Source: an uncultured Deinococcales bacterium (lineage in GTDB: Bacteria; Deinococcota; Deinococci; Deinococcales; JAAFIG01). Taken from it: DNA of 11,632 nucleotides. Location of the stretch: assembly GCA_964244895.1 (NCBI GenBank), contig CAXTKV010000173.1, positions 1 through 11,632 on the forward strand, written 5' to 3'. The notes under the pieces are model-generated. The model had not been told where the DNA came from. It worked only from the letters and a program-made list of their open reading frames with translations, and did not search any database. Made by a program: the position numbers and the translations under genes. Positions 7,149-11,632 of the stretch are shown in pieces. Positions within the stretch are counted from its first letter, which is position 1. Each line of letters opens with the position of its first letter.

Positions 7149-7856
7149 ATGGCCGAGCGCCAGACCTTCCTCGACATGAACCGTCTGGCGCTCGCGCTTC
7201 TCCGCGAGCACGGCGTCGCCGAGCCGCCGGTCAACATCTACCGGATCATCGAAGAGCGGAAAATCGAGTTGTTCTTTTGGCCGTTGACGCCCAAGCTCTC
7301 AGGCTTCTACGAGCACTGCCCGATCACGGGAAAAAGCATCACCATCAACCTCCGCGACGACCAGCGCAAGCAGCGCTTCACCGCCGGTCACGAGCTTAAA
7401 CACGCGATCTGCGAACCCGATAAGGATCACGCCGCGCTCGAGCAGGGCAAACTCCGTCAAGTCGAGCGCATGGCGAACGCGTTTTCGGCCCGACTCCTGC
7501 TGCCTGAAGCGATGGTCAGACGCGTGATGCGGTCGATGAGAGCAGAGGTGTGCGTGGGACTCTTGGCCGACGTCTTCGGGGTGCACACCAACGTGGCGGT
7601 CTTCAGGCTGCACAACCTCGGGATGATCGGTTCGGGCGAGCGCGATCGCATCCTGGCCGATCCCGCCCTGGACCACGAACGGTACACGCGCTTCCGGCAG
7701 GACGGCCTGCCTGGGCCTTCCAGCGGATTTACCGCCGTTGACCGGCTTTTGACTGGCCCGGCGCGCGGTTCGGGGCGCACCTGCCCCCACTGCACCAGCC
7801 CATGGGTCGAAGCCCGCGCAGCCGTCTGCTGGGCGTGCGGGCGACACCCCGTGTGA
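7149..7856 (+). CDS. ImmA/IrrE-family (peptidase M78) metallo-endopeptidase with C-terminal zinc ribbon
   Basis: PPVNI, RFTAGHELKH (HExxH), third ligand in VERMANAFSARLLLP, HTH-like LADVFGV....AVFRL, and C-terminal CPHC...CWAC. Starts 3 nt after the HTH stop. Confidence 0.93.
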   Translation: MAERQTFLDMNRLALALLREHGVAEPPVNIYRIIEERKIELFFWPLTPKLSGFYEHCPITGKSITINLRDDQRKQRFTAGHELKHAICEPDKDHAALEQGKLRQVERMANAFSARLLLPEAMVRRVMRSMRAEVCVGLLADVFGVHTNVAVFRLHNLGMIGSGERDRILADPALDHERYTRFRQDGLPGPSSGFTAVDRLLTGPARGSGRTCPHCTSPWVEARAAVCWACGRHPV

Positions 7857-7896
7857 GCCGAAAGGACGAACCTCGGACGGCTACAGGACTGTCCGT

Positions 7897-8355
7897 TCAG
7901 CCTGAGCGGTTGTAGCCCGAGTATTCCGGGCGGTTGATGCCGGTGGCGACCGCCGTCACCGCCTGCTCCAGGGTCCACTCCGCAGGGGTTGGGAACGCGT
8001 GCCCGCGCTCCCGCCAGGCGAGGAACGGCGGCGCACACACGAACGGAGGGAAGGCATCCGACCGGAAGATCGAACTGGCTCCGGACGGCAGGCGGTAGTC
8101 GCGCGGCCACCAGTTCGGGTCGTCCTGAAGCGTGACGGGGTTGAGAAAGCGCGCATCGGGCGGACGCTCCGGATACGAGCCGAGTTCCAGCCAAAGAAGG
8201 AATCGATCCGAACGCCGTTGGGCCGCGCCCCCGAGCATCCAGACGGCCACCGCGTCCCCTCGGCGCTCCACCCGCTCGAGGCGGAGGCCTGCCGCCAGTT
8301 CTAAGAGGTGTGTCACCTCGTTGTCCAGCAACTCGAACTTGAGCTGGCCTAGCAC
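7897..8355 (-). CDS. Bacterial E2-like conjugating enzyme, copy b (paralogue of 5800-6258)
   Basis: Roughly half identical to copy a by manual alignment, including ERRG, YPER.PDA.FL.P, WPRDY, SIFRS, PPFVCAPPFLAW and PEY.GYNR. GTG at 8355 gives 152 aa, the same length as copy a. The frame is open upstream to ATG 8373 and TTG 8466. Confidence 0.85.
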   Translation of the reverse strand: MLGQLKFELLDNEVTHLLELAAGLRLERVERRGDAVAVWMLGGAAQRRSDRFLLWLELGSYPERPPDARFLNPVTLQDDPNWWPRDYRLPSGASSIFRSDAFPPFVCAPPFLAWRERGHAFPTPAEWTLEQAVTAVATGINRPEYSGYNRSG

Positions 8356-8547
8356 CCGTGTCCACCCCTTCATCACCCTACACACATGCCAGCCATAAGT
8401 GGTGTTCGGACGCACGCGGCATAGGTGGATGCCACCCCCCACGATTATGGAATGAAACTCATCCAATTTTGGAAGGGGATCGGATCACGAATCTAGACGG
8501 ATTCGGAATTTTGTGAGAAACTACGGGGCAGGGCCGGGGAGGGTTTC

Positions 8548-8715
8548 GTGAGAGCGCTCACTTCGACACGTCCGATGACCTGCTGCGGGGGCGGCAAACC
8601 TGCCCGAATCCCGTGCGACAGGGGTCGTGAACCAGAGGCAGACGCGTGCCTGCCGGGCGTACGTTTGCCGAGCACAGAGCTTTTCGCCTCCCTCGCGGGG
8701 CATGGGGTTGGCTGA
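8548..8715 (+). CDS. Small 55-aa ORF, possible degenerate XRE-HTH remnant
   Basis: GGGAGG SD, GTG start, and TGATG overlap with the next gene. Segment RLPSTELFASLA matches RKPNVEDLAKLA of the HTH at 6/12 positions. Confidence 0.3.
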   Translation: MRALTSTRPMTCCGGGKPARIPCDRGREPEADACLPGVRLPSTELFASLAGHGVG

Positions 8716-9425
8716 TGTCGGCCCGCGAACACTCGACCGTCGTCGGGGCGAAGGCCCTGGCAGAACAACTGGTCTTCCATCTCGGCCTCGAGGCCGCGCC
8801 GGTCAACGTTTTTCACGCCCTCGAGCGCCGTGGCATCGACGTCAACCCCTTCCCGACCAAGGGAGAGAACATCCTCGGTGCGTACACCAACGAGGTGCCC
8901 TACGGCCCGACCTTGTCGCTGAGCAACCGGCTGGACAACGCCATGCGGAGGCTCATCGGTGCCGAGCTTCTCTACTACGACGTGGTCCCGAGACCGGCGG
9001 GGATAGTCACGGCGCGAGGTCGCTCGAGGCGGCTCCAACCTGTGGCTCGGGCCTTCGGCACCGCTTTCCTCATGCCAAGCCATCTGGTCCAGGAGATCGC
9101 GGAACTTGCGGATTCCAGGAACGCCGCCTTGTTTGCGGAAATTCTTGGCGTCCAGTACGACGTCGCCTGGCAGCGCCTGCGGTCGCTCGGTCTGCTTGCC
9201 GTGCATGCGCGTCCGCCGACACAAGGGCGTCGTCAGATCGACATTGACGCCCTGCGCGAGCGGCGCGTCCAGTTCGCCGCCAAGATCCGCGAGCGCATGC
9301 CCAGAGCCGCAAGGATTCTCGGGCCTCAGACGATGCCCGATTACTACGGATATTGCAGCACTTGCAGCCGCCCCAGGTTGGGTGACGGCCAGCCCTGGTG
9401 CTGGTCTTGTGGGGCGCGACTATAA
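8715..9425 (+). CDS. Predicted catalytically inactive ImmA/IrrE-family paralogue with C-terminal zinc ribbon
   Basis: Collinear with 7149-7856 (APVNVF, ARAF...FLMP, FAEILGV..DVAWQRL..LGL, CSTC...CWSC), but GHELKH is GAELLY and VERMANAF is LQPVARAF. ATG at 8715 gives 236 aa versus 235 aa. Confidence 0.85.
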   Translation: MSAREHSTVVGAKALAEQLVFHLGLEAAPVNVFHALERRGIDVNPFPTKGENILGAYTNEVPYGPTLSLSNRLDNAMRRLIGAELLYYDVVPRPAGIVTARGRSRRLQPVARAFGTAFLMPSHLVQEIAELADSRNAALFAEILGVQYDVAWQRLRSLGLLAVHARPPTQGRRQIDIDALRERRVQFAAKIRERMPRAARILGPQTMPDYYGYCSTCSRPRLGDGQPWCWSCGARL

Positions 9426-9667
9426 GGTAGCAGGCAGCAACCGGATGGCCAGTGCGGACCCCCAGCGCGAGGGTTTGGCACGGATCAAGCCATACAACCA
9501 AACTGAACGATGGCAATCGGTTCCGAATCTATTTGTTCGCCGTCTATGGTGGGTGTCATGAACAATCTCTACGAACGTGAGCGCGCGCCACGGTGCCGCC
9601 GCTTTCGGGCACATCTGAACAAGCCACAAGCCATCGTCCCATGCCCGGACAGAACGCGAGGTTGCAC

Positions 9668-10576
9668 ATGGATCTGTTGACGAACGCGATTGAATCAATC
9701 CAGGTCGGCGTGGGGACTTCCAGGACGGCTCGCGACCGCGCCTCCTCTCGGCGGTGCGCAACCTTCACGCCGGTATCCTTCTCCTGTACAAGGAGGCGCT
9801 CAGCCGAATGTCGCCCGCGGGGAACGGCGCGAGGTTCTGATCAAGGCGCGCACGAAGTGGGTGCGAGGGGCGAGCGGACGGCTCGAGTGCGTGGCGGATG
9901 GCCGGAACACGGTGGACATCCAGCAGATCAGGGCGCACTTCAAGAACCTGGGCGTGGGACGGACTGGCAGCGCTTCGACCGGATCACAGCCGTCAGGAAT
10001 GAGGTGGGACACTACTTCCCGGCGAACCCCAAGGCGATTACTGGGGTCGTCGCAGACGCCCTGACGATCATCCGGTCCTTCATCGCCGACGAACTCAACG
10101 ACGAGCCCCGAACACTGCTCGGCCAGGCGACCTGGTCCGCCATGCTCCAGGCGCAAGAGGTGTATAACGCCGAGAAGCTGGTCTGCAACGAGAGCTTCGT
10201 TAGCGTCAGCGAGCCATCGGAGGAGTTCTTGGACGCGGCGCGGTCGCTCGCGTGCCTGTCCTGCGGATCCGACCTGCTCGAGCTTCACGAGGCCACGCGA
10301 TCCCGCGAGGACTGGCGGCTGCGCTGCCGGGCCTGCGACGCAGAGGCCTGGGGCGCAGAGGTCTACGAGTCGGTCCAGAACGGCGGAGCGGTGCCGTACG
10401 TCGCCTACCCGGAATGCGGCACGGACGCATACGTGATGGAAGAGCACCGGTGCCTGTACTGCGGTCACGAGGCCGAACACGAGTGCAAGATGTGCGTTGC
10501 CGGGATACCCGCCGAGGAACTCGACCCCTCGCCGTACTGCGGGCACTACGCCTACATCATGGCCAAGGACGACTGA
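9668..10576 (+). pseudogene. Frameshifted HEPN-like (RNxxxH) protein with C-terminal zinc ribbons
   Basis: A coherent protein (MDLLTNAIESIQVGV/DFQDGSRPRLLSAVRNLHAGILLLYKEALSRMSP/EVLIKA...NTVDIQQIRAHFKNLGV/TDWQRFDRITAVRNEVGHY) is recovered only with frame changes near 9713, 9829 and 9957. CxxC motifs follow, two of them degraded (YPEC, CGHY). Confidence 0.7.
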
Positions 10577-10960
10577 CACCGTCCCGTCGAGCTGGACGCG
10601 GGAGCCCGCGCCGTAACGCCCGGACCTTTGACTTGGGTGTGGCGCAGGCCACCCGGACCTGCCCGCGACGCGAGCCTCACACTTGCCGCTGCGGCAGCGG
10701 CACTGGCCCTGCGCGGAACCTTTCGCCCGCCAACCGCGTATCGGTCGCGTGCCGAGCATTACCGATTGGATCGGCTCGCGAACCAGACGCGCTCGAGCGC
10801 GATACAGACCAGAACCCTAATCTGGAACAAGGGCCATGACAACCATGCGTGCGAAAAGTGCCACCCGTAGTCAATTCACTCCGTACCAGACGAACACTTC
10901 ACTTCAAGAAGCGTTTAACCTGAAGCGTAAACGCACTGGGATTGCGCGTTACACTCGCAG

Positions 10961-11605
10961 ATGCCCTACGAATTCCTCAACGACAACCACCTCGCCCAGT
11001 ACGGGCGATTCACCACCGACCCCACGCCCGACCAGTTGATCGACTGCTACCGCCTGACTAGCGAAGATCACAAACTCGCCCACGCGAAGCTTGAGGCCCA
11101 CAACCGACTCGGACTAGCCGTGCAACTCAAAACCGACGAGGCGATCAGGCTCGAGCGCGTCAATGGCATCCTCACCCCAGTAGTGACGTCGCTCGAGAGC
11201 CTGCCGGAATCCCCGAGCCTCACCAGCTTGGACGCGAACATGACCTCGCGCCTGCCGGAGATCGACCTGTCGGAGTTGCTTTTGGAGGTAAACGCGGCTA
11301 CCGGGTTCTGCGACGCGATGGTGCTGGCCAGCCAGGGGAATCCCAGGCTCGAGTACCACGCACAGGGCGTGTGTGCGGTGTTGGTGGCTCAGGCGTGCAA
11401 CATCGGCTTGAAGGCGGTTTCGCAGCCTGGGAATCCGGCGTTGAACCTGGGTAGGCTCGCTTGGGTACAGCAGAATTATGTGCGATCCGATACGATCCTC
11501 AACGCCAACGCCTGGCTGGTGGAGGCGCACTCGAAGCTCCCCATCGTGCAGCGCTGGGGTGGGGGCGAGGTCGCCAGCGGAGGGTATAGAACGAAGTGTG
11601 TCTAA
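10961..11605 (+). pseudogene. tnpA: Tn3-family transposase, internally deleted and 3'-truncated
   Basis: N-terminus MPYEFL....AQYGRF..DP...QL...HNRLGLAVQL is joined in frame near 11134 to the mid-protein block LPEIDLSELLLEVNAATGF...AVLVAQACNIGL...NYVR..T...ANA.LV...WGGGEVAS. Homology stops just before the expected ADG catalytic motif. Confidence 0.92.
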
Positions 11606-11632
11606 CGGTCATCCTGAACACCAGCCCAGGAG
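11580..11632 (+). mobile_element. Possible end of another IS (IS256-like terminus) interrupting tnpA
   Basis: Tn3 homology ends abruptly at GAGGGTATAGAACGAAGTGTGTCTAAC, whose TGTGT spacing resembles IS256-family ends. AGGAG at the window edge could be an SD. The partner end is not visible. Confidence 0.3.

Noticed and set aside
7874..7895. Hairpin CGGACGG-N8-CTGTCCG between the convergent IrrE and E2b stops, as a terminator
   Set aside because: Short stem, long loop and no U-tract on either strand; too weak to call.
6585..9224. Minus-strand ORFs 6585-7211, 7299-7847, 7457-8365 and 8493-9224
   Set aside because: Shadow or alternative frames of the HTH, IrrE, E2b and pseudo-IrrE genes, with Arg/Gly/Pro-rich non-protein-like composition.
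9426..9667. Intergenic stretch as an ncRNA, att site or IS end
   Set aside because: No repeat, convincing hairpin or partner sequence was found by eye.
9593..10576. 327-aa ORF as an intact gene
   Set aside because: The region 9713-9957 reads as a sensible protein only in other frames; reported as a frameshifted pseudogene starting at 9668.
1..11632. CRISPR array, tRNA, rRNA or Tn3 38-bp terminal repeat
   Set aside because: No regularly spaced repeats, no tRNA or rRNA signatures, and no GGGG-initiated Tn3-type inverted repeat was seen.

Overview
Accessory or defence-island-like window. Its core is a translationally coupled, minus-strand bacterial ubiquitination operon: Ubl (6263-6568), E2 (5800-6258), JAB deubiquitinase (5216-5803) and E1 with IAD+AAD+catalytic-Cys architecture (3681-5219). 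Gene order and domain layout match type II BilABCD-like antiphage systems. A near-consensus sigma70 promoter overlapped by repeated operator-like sites drives the operon, divergent from an XRE-HTH repressor and an ImmA/IrrE-type HExxH metallopeptidase carrying a C-terminal zinc ribbon (a CapH/CapP- or DdrO/IrrE-like switch). A second divergent pair follows: an intact E2 paralogue (7897-8355) and an IrrE paralogue that has lost all three peptidase zinc ligands (8715-9425), with possible Ubl and HTH vestiges between them. The flanks hold a complete ISL3 element with 43-bp perfect inverted repeats (31-1836), an alpha/beta hydrolase, fused IS1182 and ISL3 remnants, a triple-frameshifted HEPN-like/zinc-ribbon pseudogene and an internally deleted Tn3-family transposase. 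The palindrome CTCGAG is strongly over-represented. All family assignments come from motif reading by eye; no searches were run.
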